Source: Anthoceros angustus
Taxonomy: Eukaryota; Plantae; Anthocerotophyta
Assembly: GCA_010909165.1 (NCBI GenBank)
Contig: VJWM01000337.1
Span: 1 to 52,948 of the forward strand
Length of the DNA stretch: 52,948 nucleotides
Reading direction: 5' to 3'
Part shown: in pieces, positions 1 to 11,519 of the stretch
Position numbering within the stretch: the first letter of the stretch is position 1
Layout of the letters: every line of letters begins with the position of its first letter
The notes under the pieces: generated by a model
Seen by the model: only the letters and a program-made list of their open reading frames with translations
The model's database searches: none
Told to the model about the DNA's origin: nothing
Position numbers and translations under genes: made by a program

Positions 1-373
1 GTTTTGTGCCAATGCATGATGATTGTCAATATGTAATGATTGGCTCCTTTTGTGGTGTCCAAGATCGACTAGTCTTCGACCATATTGCTTCCTTAGAGGC
101 ACGTGTCGAGGTGATTACGCCTCCGTTGATGAAAGGGACACGATTTACTTCTTTGAGGACCAAGTGACGCTCCACCGGCCAATAAAGCATAGGCGGCGGA
201 TCTCCTTGTGTCGGGATCTGCGGCCCTGCATCCACGGTGCACAAGCGTAAGTTCCTCCCTTTATATCTACATTTGGTATAATGTATGCCATGGTCACTTG
301 TGCCTTTCAAATATCTCAAAATCCGGCAGCGGCGGCGGTGTGCCCTTCCGGACTTTTGGTCTTTGTGGCTCAT
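1..373 (-). pseudogene. pol: copia pol: RT C-terminus and RNase H, frameshifted
   Basis: ORF 26-373 RILRYLKGTSDHGIHY and KEAIW; bases 1-75 read across frameshifts as LVDLG..QKEPIITY.DN.S.IALAQN. Confidence 0.88.
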
Positions 374-1428
374 GCTCCTTTGGAAGAGCTACGAATTCGG
401 TACATTGTGGAGCAATAAATAAAGAACCAAGCTTGAGCATACGGGGCGCCACCATCTCCGACGCCGGAATCGGTCACTTTGGAGGCGGCGGTTGTCAACA
501 CATCCGGTCTCGAGAGGTGTAACATCTTTGCCTCCTCAAGTTTGTACTTAAATAGCATATCGAGAATGTATTTTTGATGAATCACAAGTGTGCCGCTTGT
601 GGGATCTCGATGTTTGTGCCAAGCGATGGGACAACTCCCGACATCTACCATTTCAAACCGACCAGGAAGGAGGACCTTCACTCGAGTAATCCTTCAGTGC
701 ATCCCTAAAGTATACAATCATCGTCTGAGGCTAATATGACAAACACATTTGCTCTTAGGAAAATACACATTAGTATGTGCTTTTGCTGAAACTAGACCTA
801 AGAGAAACTCATCTATACACTCATACCATGCACGAGGACTCTGTTTTAAACCGTAGATTGTCTTTAGCAACTGACATACCCAGTCCTCTTTCCCCTCAAC
901 CTCAAATCCCTCAGGCTGCTGCATAAATATGTCCTCCTCTAATTTCCCATGGAGAAAGGCGGTCTTGACATCCATCTGGTGGATGAACAAGCCAAAGAAT
1001 GCAGACATAGAGAATAGCACCCTAGAGCGAGACTTGACTACGGGGCTAAAGTGTCATGATAGTCTAAGCCGGGAACAGGAAAACCACGAGCAACTAACTT
1101 TGGCCTTATATACGGAGATAGATCCGTCCGACTTATATTTCGACTTAAACACCCACTTTGAGGTGACAATTTTTTCTCCTCGAGTGGAGGAACTAGCTGC
1201 AGTGTTAGGATCAAGTCACTACTCGGACTTGATAGCAGCTTGCCAAAGCTTAGCCTCTGGCCCACTAACAGCCTCCCCATAACTCTGAGGTTCGTAGCCA
1301 GGGTCAAAGGCTAAATTGACAACATCCACTACCACTTCATCCGATGCTGAACCATGAGGTCTGGGAACCGGCCTGAAATCTTCACTGCGGTATGGGGGTT
1401 CCTTCCAGTTCTCACGTGGTTTATGCAC
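370..1428 (-). pseudogene. pol: copia reverse transcriptase (RVT_2 type), frameshifted
   Basis: EPQSYGEAV..W.AAI.SE (1219-1428), KLVARGF..PGLDY.DT.AP (1038-1307), HQMDVKTAFLHGKLEEDIFMQQPEGF...LLKTIYGLKQSPRAWY (718-1020), HQKYILDML (370-681). Confidence 0.96.
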
Positions 1429-1480
1429 TCGGCGGATCTGAGTGCGCAGTGAGGATAGGCATCACGTATTCCACGGGTCA

Positions 1481-2835
1481 TCAACAAATGCGGGTTGGAC
1501 ATAGCCGGTGCGAAACGGAGTGCAGGACCTCAGGTTCTTCATCATCTGACAATGCAGGATCTGGTGGTGGGAGAGGATCATCAACTGGCATAGGATCAGG
1601 TGGATCTCCATGATCATGTGGTGCTGGCACGACGGGATGTGGTTGAGGTAAGTTTGGAGCTACTGCTAATGGATCTACAAATGATGAATCAGTGTCAGGA
1701 AACGTCACAAAATCTGCGTCACTAATCGCAACATCCATCTCTGAAGGTTGGTCTTCTACCTCAACCCTGTCAGTATCAAGAAAATCACCAGGAGGATGAA
1801 CTGGAGGTTTAAGAACAGAACTCTCATCAAAGGCAACTGTCCTAGCATGAGACACTGGCGTTAGTGGGATCAAACAACATCCACCATGTATCCTGCGGTG
1901 TACCTATGAAAATGTGGCGCTTAGATTTGAAAGCAAATTTGTGTGAAGCTTATGTATGTGAGCATATGTTGTACTACCTACTCTAAGATCACGACGTCTG
2001 GTTTGATACCCGTCCATGCTTGAAGGTGTCTACCATGAAGAAGAAAGCAATGAGCAGTTAAGGTATGTGTGGCCACTTGTCTTATACGCCCAAAATCTAG
2101 CGGTAGTCTCCACGATGAGAAGGGCTCTAGCGACATCTGAATTGTGTCTTCTCTCGTCCGTCCATTCATGTCTGAATGATATGGGATTGTGAGTTGTCGT
2201 GTTATCCCCCTCTCCTGGCAATAATCCTGAAAGGTTGTGGATAGATACTCTTTCCCATTGTCGAACGGATACACTTCAATTTATAACTTTCTCTCTTGCA
2301 TATCGAAAGTCAGCTTGCTCACTCACTCTTGTGTCGAAGGAGCTACTTCACTGAAATGTGACTTGTCGTCTTCAAACACGACAAAATATCTTGCTCCTCC
2401 CAAGAGTTCACAGACATAGGCCCACGATATGGTGTGGATTAGGTCTAGTACTTACATGGCCTTTCTTGGTTTCCACTACCAAAGTGAGATTTAAATTGTT
2501 TACCACACACACACAAATCAAGGTCGAAGTTCCTTCTCACTAAAGCAGTTACCATCTTCTCTCGAAGGAGTCTCCTCATAGCATGTTGGGATGTCCCAAG
2601 CGGCTGCCACTTAGCGCCTTAGCGGATTGCCAACCGTACTTCGGTGACATTGGTGATGGGTGGGACATCGGAAGAAAAGTCGCAAGTAAAGATCGAACAA
2701 AGGGGTCCCTCGAGCAATTACTCTTGATGGTCTGACAACTGGAGATATGGCATTGATCCTCAGTGATTGATGCAGACACTGTCTTCCCAAGTGGCCATTG
2801 TGCTCACAGTTCTTAGCAAGGGGAACATGTAGCAC
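1481..2835 (-). pseudogene. pol: copia GAG-pre-integrase and integrase core/C-terminus, frameshifted
   Basis: RLGHPN (2576-2600); LDLIHT..GPMSVNS.GGARYFVVFEDD read across frameshifts (~2360-2450); DNGKEYLSTTFQDYCQERGITRQLTIPY (1978-2274); ARTVAFDE (~1830). Confidence 0.93.
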
Positions 2836-2903
2836 TCTCGAGTAAATAACTTCCGTCCTTGAGTGATTTGTATAGTTCTGTTCCCTTGATTGGAATAGTT
2901 GAG

Positions 2904-3095
2904 TTATCTCCTAATACCACGGTACATCGATGGCATGTGGAGATGGCTCATATGTGATAAAGACTTCCTCGAGCACATGGTTGGGCTCACATCCGGGAAC
3001 CATTCGTGACCTTTTGTAGAAGAAGTGAGACATCGACCGGCGAGTAGAAGCCCTAATTTGTATGAGCTTGATTTGCCTACCTCTTGCACTCTCAT
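2904..3095 (-). pseudogene. pol: copia aspartic protease, frameshifted
   Basis: EWFPDVSPTMCSRK; combined with the duplicate at ~7475-7505 (GGAGCCTCAACCACATGTGC) it reconstructs EWFLDSGASNHMC. Confidence 0.8.
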
Positions 3096-3097
3096 CT

Positions 3098-4015
3098 TTA
3101 ACTTTCTTCCTTCCTTAACTTGATGTCACTGGTTTCCCAGTGGTTACAATTTCCGGGCTTGGAGCGAATTGAAGGATGGGCGTGAGAAGGTGATGAGGAG
3201 GACATAGCCTGACCTCTACCCCTGCCATAACCACCTCTACCTCTCCCCCTACCTCTACCATGCCCTCTACCCCTGCCAGAGAACAAGGCTGTATCACTCT
3301 GTTTATGTGGGGCATGAGACGCAGAAGAACTACCCTTCATTTGTTTTCTATTGGCTTCAAATTGCAGCAAGGCTCCTACAACCTTCTGTACAGAGAGGTT
3401 AGAAGTTGTTGGGGTAGTTGCTGTGGCAGGTGTTACTGTTGCTGATGTTTGAAGGCTTGAGCTAAAATATTCGTAGCTAGGTGGAAGTGAAAGTAACAGC
3501 TGAACTGCTGCTCTTGATTCGGAGATGATTACTCCACAGGAAGCAAGTCTGGCTCTCAAAGCCCTAAACTTAGAGACATGGCCCTCGACGAAGTCACTCT
3601 CCTTCATGCAAAGTGTCTGGTACTGCAGTGTAGCTGCAGCCTTTGCTACCATATCCTTAGTATCATAAGTTTCTGATAGCAATGACCAGACCTCGTTTGA
3701 AGTCTGCGTCATTCTTATATGAGGTATATTCTCTTGAGACACGGAAGCCACAAGAATGTTTCTTGCCTTCCTGTCTTTGTAATTCCATTCTAACTCATCC
3801 TTCTTTGTATATTTAGGTACCGTGCCACCGGGTGAAGGGGGGCCGGAGGGCTGATCAGCAACTCTCCTTGGTACAGTCCCATCAACAACATCCATCAAAA
3901 GCTTCTCATCTAGGATACAACGCACCCTGAAGCTCCAGGCATCAAAATTATGTGAGGTCAATCGATCCTTCTCCTTCAATCTATCAGATCCAGTATCAAG
4001 ATTAGAGGACCCCAT
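3098..4015 (-). CDS. gag: copia Gag (Retrotran_gag_2-like) with RG-rich tail; CCHC knuckle broken by frameshift at the C-terminus
   Basis: 305-aa ORF: NFDAWSFRV, KARNILV, LCMKESDFVEGHVSKFR, LLLSLPPSY; GRGRG repeats; KPGNCNH followed by out-of-frame GKP. Confidence 0.93.
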   Translation of the reverse strand: MGSSNLDTGSDRLKEKDRLTSHNFDAWSFRVRCILDEKLLMDVVDGTVPRRVADQPSGPPSPGGTVPKYTKKDELEWNYKDRKARNILVASVSQENIPHIRMTQTSNEVWSLLSETYDTKDMVAKAAATLQYQTLCMKESDFVEGHVSKFRALRARLASCGVIISESRAAVQLLLSLPPSYEYFSSSLQTSATVTPATATTPTTSNLSVQKVVGALLQFEANRKQMKGSSSASHAPHKQSDTALFSGRGRGHGRGRGRGRGGYGRGRGQAMSSSSPSHAHPSIRSKPGNCNHWETSDIKLRKEES

Positions 4016-4649
4016 GATGCCTGTTAGTCAAAACTGCTGACTTAAAGAGACCCAGCCGACAGGCGAGCCAACTGCTCCCTGAGGCTGTCAATGTCCTATT
4101 CTTGTTTAGCCATTGTCACGAGATCAGAAATCCGCAAGCTCTCAAGTCGAGCCTATCTTGACTGCAGGTTATCAGCACGAGTGGTGTACTCCACCAATGT
4201 GCTCCTCACGTTCAGGATAGAATTAAGAATAGCATCATACTCTGTGAACTTCTCTAGGTAGCACTTGGAACTACTGGATTGTGGAACAATTGATGATCTT
4301 GAATTGTAGGTCGTATCTTTACCAGTTTCTCCTTCTTTCATGCTGAGGTTACGAATCTAAATCACGGTCTTCTGTGCATCATAGCTGATGCTTGCAAATT
4401 AGAGAACTCTCAGAAAACGAGCTCTCGGCTCTCTCTGAAGACGCTCCTCCTTGAAGAACTTCTTTTCAAATTGATGCAATGATTGATTGTGAATTTTCCC
4501 TCTCAGGTGCAGGCGGGATTGCACAGAGAATTCTTTCAATGCATCCTTGCTCTAGAGACTAGGGTTTCAGAGATACTCTATGTGTGAGAACTCCTATCAC
4601 TTAGAAACGACAGATGGCTATAGATGAGAGACATTCAAAAATACGGCAT

Positions 4650-4662
4650 GGCTCTGATACCA
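4650..4662 (-). promoter_or_regulatory. Primer binding site, tRNA-iMet type
   Basis: Reverse complement TGGTATCAGAGCC immediately after the LTR terminal CA. Confidence 0.95.
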
Positions 4663-4861
4663 TGATACGTTTATGGAAATCGGCGTGAATCCTGCGTTGG
4701 GTGAACTCATAAAAGGAATACTTTACAATGAAGGGGGAACAAGGATATAGAGTCAAGTCCCATGAGCAGTTACAACTATGAATAATTGTCATTAGGGTTT
4801 GCTAAAGTAATTAACCCTTGGTATATAAATGAACCATAACTAATATAACTATTTATCAACA
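4663..4861 (-). repeat. copia 5' LTR (~199 bp)
   Basis: Minus strand starts TGTTGATA (4861) and ends CGTATCA (4663); sequence beyond 4861 is the tandem-unit flank AGCCAAAGCACG. Confidence 0.88.
4821..4830 (-). promoter_or_regulatory. Candidate TATA box in copia LTR
   Basis: Minus strand ATTTATATAC ~30-40 nt inside the LTR 5' end; function not tested. Confidence 0.45.
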
Positions 4862-6329
4862 AGCCAAAGCACGACTTCCAATTCTAACCACGAGAGATAC
4901 TAAGGAGAAGTTGGGATGTAAGTCCTTGTTCTTTGATGACACAACTCAAGATCTAACACCTTGTAGCAATCAGAGAAATGATCACCCCGCTAACAACACA
5001 CAATAGTCGCCTGCTTTTAAACTAAGGGACACTTGAATGTAGAGTCTAAGACTCAAGCATCTCCTTTGAATAAGTCATGTTTTTACCTTAGGGAGGGCTT
5101 TAGTAAGGTGTCACCGCATTAGATCCCGTGAGGGATGTATTCAAGATGATCCGACTTAAAGAAACGCATCTCGGATGAAATGGTAATGAATCTCGATGTC
5201 CTTGGTAATGCACCCGGACTCATGGCGCACGCGATTGTTCCCCGAGATTGTCGTACGTGTCGGAGTGTCCTCTCCCAAGACTCCTGATGCCCGCGAGTGG
5301 AACGATAACTTAAGAAGGTTCCACATAACGTATAGAAAATATGGTATATGGATTATATAAAATGGGTTACATAGGACTTTTTCCTTTGGCTTTGGCTTCT
5401 ATGGATTGAGTATTTGAACTAAGTTTTCTAGCTAGTGACCATGAAGCGCCATGTCATCGTAATGACTTCGTCCGGCTGCACCATATGGTGATGGTATGTG
5501 AGTCATTCTTGCACCTTCTGCCAGCTCATACTCGCCAGGGCATGACACCGCCTGTGTGTCGCACCTTCCACGCCGCCAAGAGGCCGCCACCGTCCAATGC
5601 TCCCACTTGGGCACCACACCGCAACACGGCACACTCGACACTTCAGCGACAACCTCACGATGAAAACACGAGGCACGCATGGAAAGCTAACCCCTCACCA
5701 TCCCTCCCTTCACAATTGTCCTGCAAACCAGATCCTCTATATGAGAGAGCGCCGCCTCACGAACCGAGCCAAGAAGGCACTCGCTTTCATCCACTAAAGT
5801 TGAGTATAAGGCCCCGACGCATGACGGAAGGAGTTAGAGTGGGAGAGGCAACTTTTGGAATGAATCCACTTACCTCAAAGTGCTCCCACTAAGCTTCTAT
5901 GTGAAAGCATGTAGGCTATTGCCCTTTTTTCCAATCCTTGGTTTCATGCAAGAACCAAGCACATTGAGCTAAACCACCATTATATCCATGACGTCGCTGA
6001 AAGGGGCATTGTGAAAGTGGAATACATTAGTACTGATGAGAATACAGCTAATATTTTTACAAAGGGCCAAAGCCAAAGCATTTCAAGCATGGCCCTTGGG
6101 CTCGAGTTCACTCGCCCGTATCGAGTTGATATCTACCTTGTTGTCGCCGAGCGGGCCTGTTGATTCTTATTGCCTCTAGGGCTCGAGCCTCGCCTTCTTC
6201 CCCGCTCAAAATGGCGTATTCATTGATCTCGGTACTCTCAAAGGATGAAGCTACTGAAATCTAGGCGTGAGAGGTATCGGACATATGGGTCATGTTTTAG
6301 GAGGTCATATCTTTTTCTTTTCTTTGTGA

Positions 6330-6779
6330 TTTCTTGGTTGGGTTGGGGAAGGTTCTCTTCGCTTTCTTTGTGAGGGATTTTTGGTTTGTTTTGTTTCTAG
6401 CGTTCTTTGGACGTTTTTCCTCTTTTGTTTTGTTTTCCTTTGTTATTTGGGTTGTAGTTGAAGGTTATCTCTTTTATAATTTTGAGGGTTTTGGTTGTTT
6501 TGTCTCTAGTTTCTTAATTTGGGAGGTTATCAATGCATTTTCCAATTTTGGGTTGCGTTGTAGCTTTAGGTTCAATCTTTTCGATTTTTGTGAGGGCTTT
6601 TGGTTCTCTTGTTTCTAGCTTCTTTAGGTTCCAATCTCGGATTTTCGTGAGGGCTTTTGGTTCTCTTGTTTCTAGCTTGGGAGGTTATTTCCTTTTGTTT
6701 ATCTTTTCCTTTGTTATTTTTGGGTTGGGTTGTAGTTGAAGGTTCGGTCTCTTTTCGGATAATTTTGAGGGTTTTTGGT
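6330..6779. repeat. T/G-rich ~63-bp minisatellite block, truncated
   Basis: Units of TTTGTGAGGGCTTTTGGTTCTCTTGTTTCTAGCTTCTTTAGGTTCCAATCTC type. Confidence 0.85.
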
Positions 6780-9091
6780 AACGGATACACTTCAATTTAT
6801 AACTTTCTCTCTTGCATATCGAAAGTCAGCTTGCTCACTCACTCTTGTGTCGAAGGAGCTACTTCACTGAAATGTGACTTGTCGTCTTCAAACACGACAA
6901 ATATCTTGCTCCTCCCCAAGAGTTCACAGACATAGGCCCACGATATGGTGTGGATTAGGTCTAGTACTTACATGGCCTTTCTTGGTTTCCACTACCAAAG
7001 TGAGATTTAAATTGTTTACCACACACACACAAATCAAGGTCGAAGTTCCTTCTCACTAAAGCAGTTACCATCTTCTCTCGAAGGAGTCTCCTCATAGCAT
7101 GTTGGGATGTCCCAAGCGGCTGCCACTTAGCGCCTTAGCGGATTGCCAACCGTACTTCGGTGACATTGGTGATGGGTGGGACATCGGAAGAAAAGTCGCA
7201 AGTAAAGATCGAACAAAGGGGTCCCTCGAGCAATTACTCTTGATGGTCTTCATCGATATGATGATCCTCAGTGATTGGTCGGCTGTCTTCCCAAGTGCCA
7301 TTGTGCTCACCCAGTTCTTAGCAAGTGGAACATGTAGAGCACTCTCGAGTAAAAACTTCGTCCCAGTGATTTGTATGTTCTGTTCCCGATTGGAATAGTT
7401 GAGTTATCTCCTAATACCACTGTCGATGGCATGGAGATGGCTCATATGTGATAAAGACTTCCCTTTCGAGCACATGTGGTTGAGGCTCCAATCCGGGAAC
7501 CATTCGTGACCTTTTGTAGAAAAGTGAGACATCGACCGGCGGCCGGAGTAGAAGCCCTATTGTATGAGCCAGTTTGCCTACTCTTGCACTCTCATCTTTA
7601 ACTTTCTTCCGGTCCTTAATTGACTGGTTTCCCATGGTTACAATTTCGGGCTTGGAGGCTTGAAGGATGGGTGACCCGGGTGATGAGGAGGACATAGCGG
7701 CCTCTACCCATAACCACCTCTACCTCTCCCCCTACCTCTGCCCTCTACCCTGAGGAGAACACGTATCACTCTGTTTATATGGGGCATGAGGAGCGGAAGA
7801 ACTACCCTTCATTTGTTTTCTATTGGCTTCAAATTGCAGAAGGCTCCACCGCATGCGAGGTTAGAAGTTCTGGGGTGGTTCTTTGTGGCGGTGTTTGTGC
7901 TGATGTTTGAAGGCAGGCTAAAATATATTCGTGGTAGGTGGGTAAGTGGTGAGCTAGCTCTTGATTGGAGATGATTACTCCACGAGGAAGCAATCGGCTC
8001 TCAAAGCCGAACTTAGAGACATGGCCTCAGCCTCTCCTTCATGCAGTGTGTTGCGGTGTAGTGCGACCTATTCCATATCCTTAGTATCATAAGTTTCTAG
8101 CAATGAGACCTCGTTTGAGTCTGCGTCATTCTTATATGAGTATCATCTCTTGAGACACGGAAGCCACAGAATGTTTCTTGCCTTCATCTGTAATTCCATT
8201 CTAACTCATCCTTCTTTGTATATTTAGTCATTTGAAGGTGAAGGGGGCATCGGCAACTCTCCTTGAGCTCCATCAACAACATCCATGAGCTTCTCATCTA
8301 GGATACAAGCACCACAGGCTCGGGCATCAAAATGTGAGGTCAATCAGTCCTTCTCCCGCAATCATCGGATCCGATCATTAGAGGACCCATGCACAGTAGT
8401 CAAAACTCGACTTAAAGAGACCCGAAGAGAGCCATTACTCGAGGAGGCAGTATCTGTTCTTGTTTAGCCATTGTGAGATGATCTAGCTCTCAAGTCGAGA
8501 TCTTGGTGCAGTTATCGACACAGTGGTGTACTCCCTTGCTCCTCACGTTGGGATAGAATTGAGAATAACATCATACTCGTAAACTTCTCAGGTAGCGCTT
8601 GGAACTATTGTGGAACATGATGATTTGAATTATCTTTATTTGCAAAGTTCTCCTTCTTTGGGGTTGAGGTTGAATCTATCACGGTCTTCTTGTCTTAGTG
8701 AGATGCTTGCAAATTAGAACTCACGAGCTCTCGGCTCTCTGCGGCTCCCTCCTTGAAGAACTTCTTTTCAAATTCGATCTGTCTGATTGTGAAACCCTCT
8801 CAAATTAGGCGGGATTGCACGAGAGAACTTCGAGCATCCTTGCTTTAAACTAGGGTTTCATGATATATGTGAGTCATCACTTGATCGACAATCCTAGATG
8901 AGCAGAGACATTCAAGGCGCCCACGCTCACGATGATACGTTCTCGAGCGGTGATGCGTTGCGAACTCATAAAAGTTACTTTGGAGGGAAACAAGGATATA
9001 TGTCCAAGTCCATGAGCGGTTACAAGCGTGAATAAGCATCGTGGGTTTAAAGTAATTAACCCTTGGTATATAACAATGAACCACTTTTATA
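6780..9091 (-). mobile_element. Deletion-riddled duplicate of copia 2264-4861 (INT part, PR, gag, PBS and LTR remnants)
   Basis: 6780-7249 matches 2264-2733; colinear but shorter thereafter; LTR remnant 8933-~9091 followed by the same AAGCC flank. Confidence 0.92.
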
Positions 9092-9989
9092 AGCCGCCCA
9101 ACTCTTGGATTGTGAGATTGGGCGAATCCTCTTTGATGACACCAACCAAGATCTCACCTTGTCAAAATGATCAAAAACACTATATGATTCGTTTAAATGC
9201 GAGCATTATGTTGTAGGAGTCTAAGACTCAGCCTCTGAATAATCATGTTTTACCTTAGGGGCTGCCAAACTTGCATTAGATCCGTGAGGATATTCAGTGA
9301 CTAGCGCATCTCGGATGAAATGGTAATGAATCGATGTCCTTTAGTCACCGGGCTCATGCCAAGCTTTTTCTCAATATGCTTTAGTGTTCTCCCAAGACTA
9401 GATCTTACATGATAGGTTCACATGTATGTATGGTATGGATTATATAAAATGAGGTTCATGGGATACTCCTTTTTCTTCTATGGATTATTTTGGGTTCAAG
9501 TTTTCTAGCTAGTGACCATGCTTGTATCGCTTTGAGAGTACCATATGGTGATTGTGAGTTTCTTGCATTGTCATCTGGGGACGTTTTTCGCACCTTGTGT
9601 ATCTGGGATGTTGTAGCGAAGGTTTTGAGGACAATTGAGGGCACGCGGGGTTTTTTTTTGTTTTGTTCTTTGGATTTTGGGGGTGCTTGTAGTTTTTCTT
9701 TGGAAGGAGTTGTAGGCTTTTGGTTTCTTGCTTAGCTTTTGTAGGCTTTTTTTCCAATCCTTGGTTTCATAAGCATTTCTTATTTTGGCGTGTGAGCATT
9801 GTAGTGGTCTTTCTTTGAGAATTTTATTTTTAGGCTTTCTGTTTTCAAGCTTCGTTTGCTCGGGATTTTCTCTTGTTTATCTACCTTGTTGTTGGCGTTG
9901 ATTCTTTTGTTGGGTTCTTCTTTTCAAAATCTTTTGATTGACTTGATGGTTTGTCTAGCGTGAGGTTATTGGGTCATGTTTGTTATCTT

Positions 9990-11010
9990 TTTTTTCTTTT
10001 GGTTTAGTTGGGTTGTGGGAAGGTTCTTTCGCTTTCTTTGTGAGGGATTTTTGGTTTGTTTTGTTTCTTCTTTGGGAGGTTTTTCCTCTTTGTTTTTTTT
10101 CCTTTGTTATTTTGGGTTGGGTTGTAGTTGAAGGTTCGGTCTCTTTTCGGATGGTGAGGGTTTTTGGTTGTTGTCTCTAGTTTCTTATTTTGGGAGGTTA
10201 TCAATGTTATTTTCCAATTTTGGGTTGGTTGTAGTTTAGGTTCCAATCTCTTTTCGATTTTTGTGAGGGCTTTTGGTTCTCTTGTTTCTAGCTTCTTTAG
10301 GTTCCAATCTCTTTTGGATTTTTGTGAGGGCTTTTTGGTTCTCTTGTTTCTAGCTTCTTTTTTGGGAGGTTATTTCTCTTTGTTTATCTTTTCCTTTGTT
10401 ATTTTGGGTTGTTTAGGTTCCAATCTCTTTTCAGATTTTGTGAGGGCTTTTGGTTGTTTTGTCTTAGCTTCTTATTTTGGGAGGTTATCATTGTTATTTT
10501 TATTTTTGGGTTGGTTGGAGTAGGTTCCAATCTTTTTGGATTTTTTCAGCTTTTTGGTTCTCTTGTTTCGCTTTTTTTTGTGAGGTTATTTTTTTGTTGT
10601 TTTTCCTTTTGGGTTGGATTGTAGTTGAAGGTTATCTCTTGTTATTTTGTGAGGGCTTTTGGTTCTCTTGTATCTAGCTCAAGGTTCCAATCTCTTTTGG
10701 AGGAGGGCTTTTTGGTTCTCTTGTTTCTCTTTGTTCCAATCTCATTTTTGTGGGCTTTTGGTTCTCTTGTTTCTAGCTTTAGGTTCCAATCTCTCGGATT
10801 TTGTGAGGGCTTTTGGTCTCTTGTTTCTTCTTATTTTGGGAGGTTATCATTGAATGGTTGGGTTGTGAAGGTTCAATCTCTTTAGATTTTGTGAGGTTTT
10901 GATTGTTTTGTTTCTAGCTTCGGGAGGTTTTTGTTATTGCACTTGGATTGTACAAGGTTCGACTTTTTGGATTTTTTGAGCCCCAGTTTTGGGAGTTATT
11001 TATTTTGCGC
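9990..11010. repeat. T/G-rich ~63-bp minisatellite block
   Basis: Repeated GTGAGGGCTTTTGGTTCTCTTGTTTCTAGC and AGGTTCCAATCTC motifs. Confidence 0.88.
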
Positions 11011-11519
11011 ATCTTTTGGAGTGGATATCTTCCATTGCTTATGATCATGTATCTCGGTCCACGTCTAATCAAAGCAATGGGAGTAGGCAAGACTTAGCCT
11101 CGAGCTTTGCAACTCTCGAGTTTGGGGGCCTCCCCAACAGTGCAGCACTTGTTTTGTCCCATGTTGGATTACATTCCACACATCTTTTGAAGCTTTCCCA
11201 TAAAAAACAAGGAGATCCCCATATATGCGCCTGTCATATTGGGTCCCCAAAGCGACCTCCCACCACATGAGGCTCAAGCACACCTCACTTTTTGCACAAC
11301 CAGCTTCCCTCCATAAAGATGAGCTAAAGTTGCCCCCACAATATAGCTCGCAGCCACAGTGCCCCACCACCTCGGCGCAAACTTTGCTCCGCTTTCTTTT
11401 GGGTTTGTAGAAACCCTTCTAAATAGCAAGCCTTAAGTGGGGCCCCTCGGACCGCCAACCTTCCACCCCTTGCCCCACCCCGAGCCAAGGCCCTCGAAAA
11501 TGCCAACCTCATATTCACT

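Larger units (their letters stand above)
1..4861 (-). mobile_element. Ty1/copia LTR retrotransposon, 5' LTR to RNase H; 3' end beyond left window edge
   Basis: Minus-strand domain order gag-PR-INT-RT-RH (copia order); PBS TGGTATCAGAGCC abuts an LTR bounded by TG...CA. Confidence 0.97.

Noticed and set aside
3095-3165. Programmed gag-pol frameshift in the copia element
   Set aside because: The shift falls inside the CCHC knuckle, no slippery site is evident, and similar indels occur throughout pol
3210-3275. CCTCTA-type microsatellite
   Set aside because: It is the coding sequence of the Gag GRGRG tract, common in copia Gag
6780-9091. Independent second copia insertion
   Set aside because: No LTR at the left junction, and the right LTR is followed by the same flank as copy 1, so it is a segmental copy
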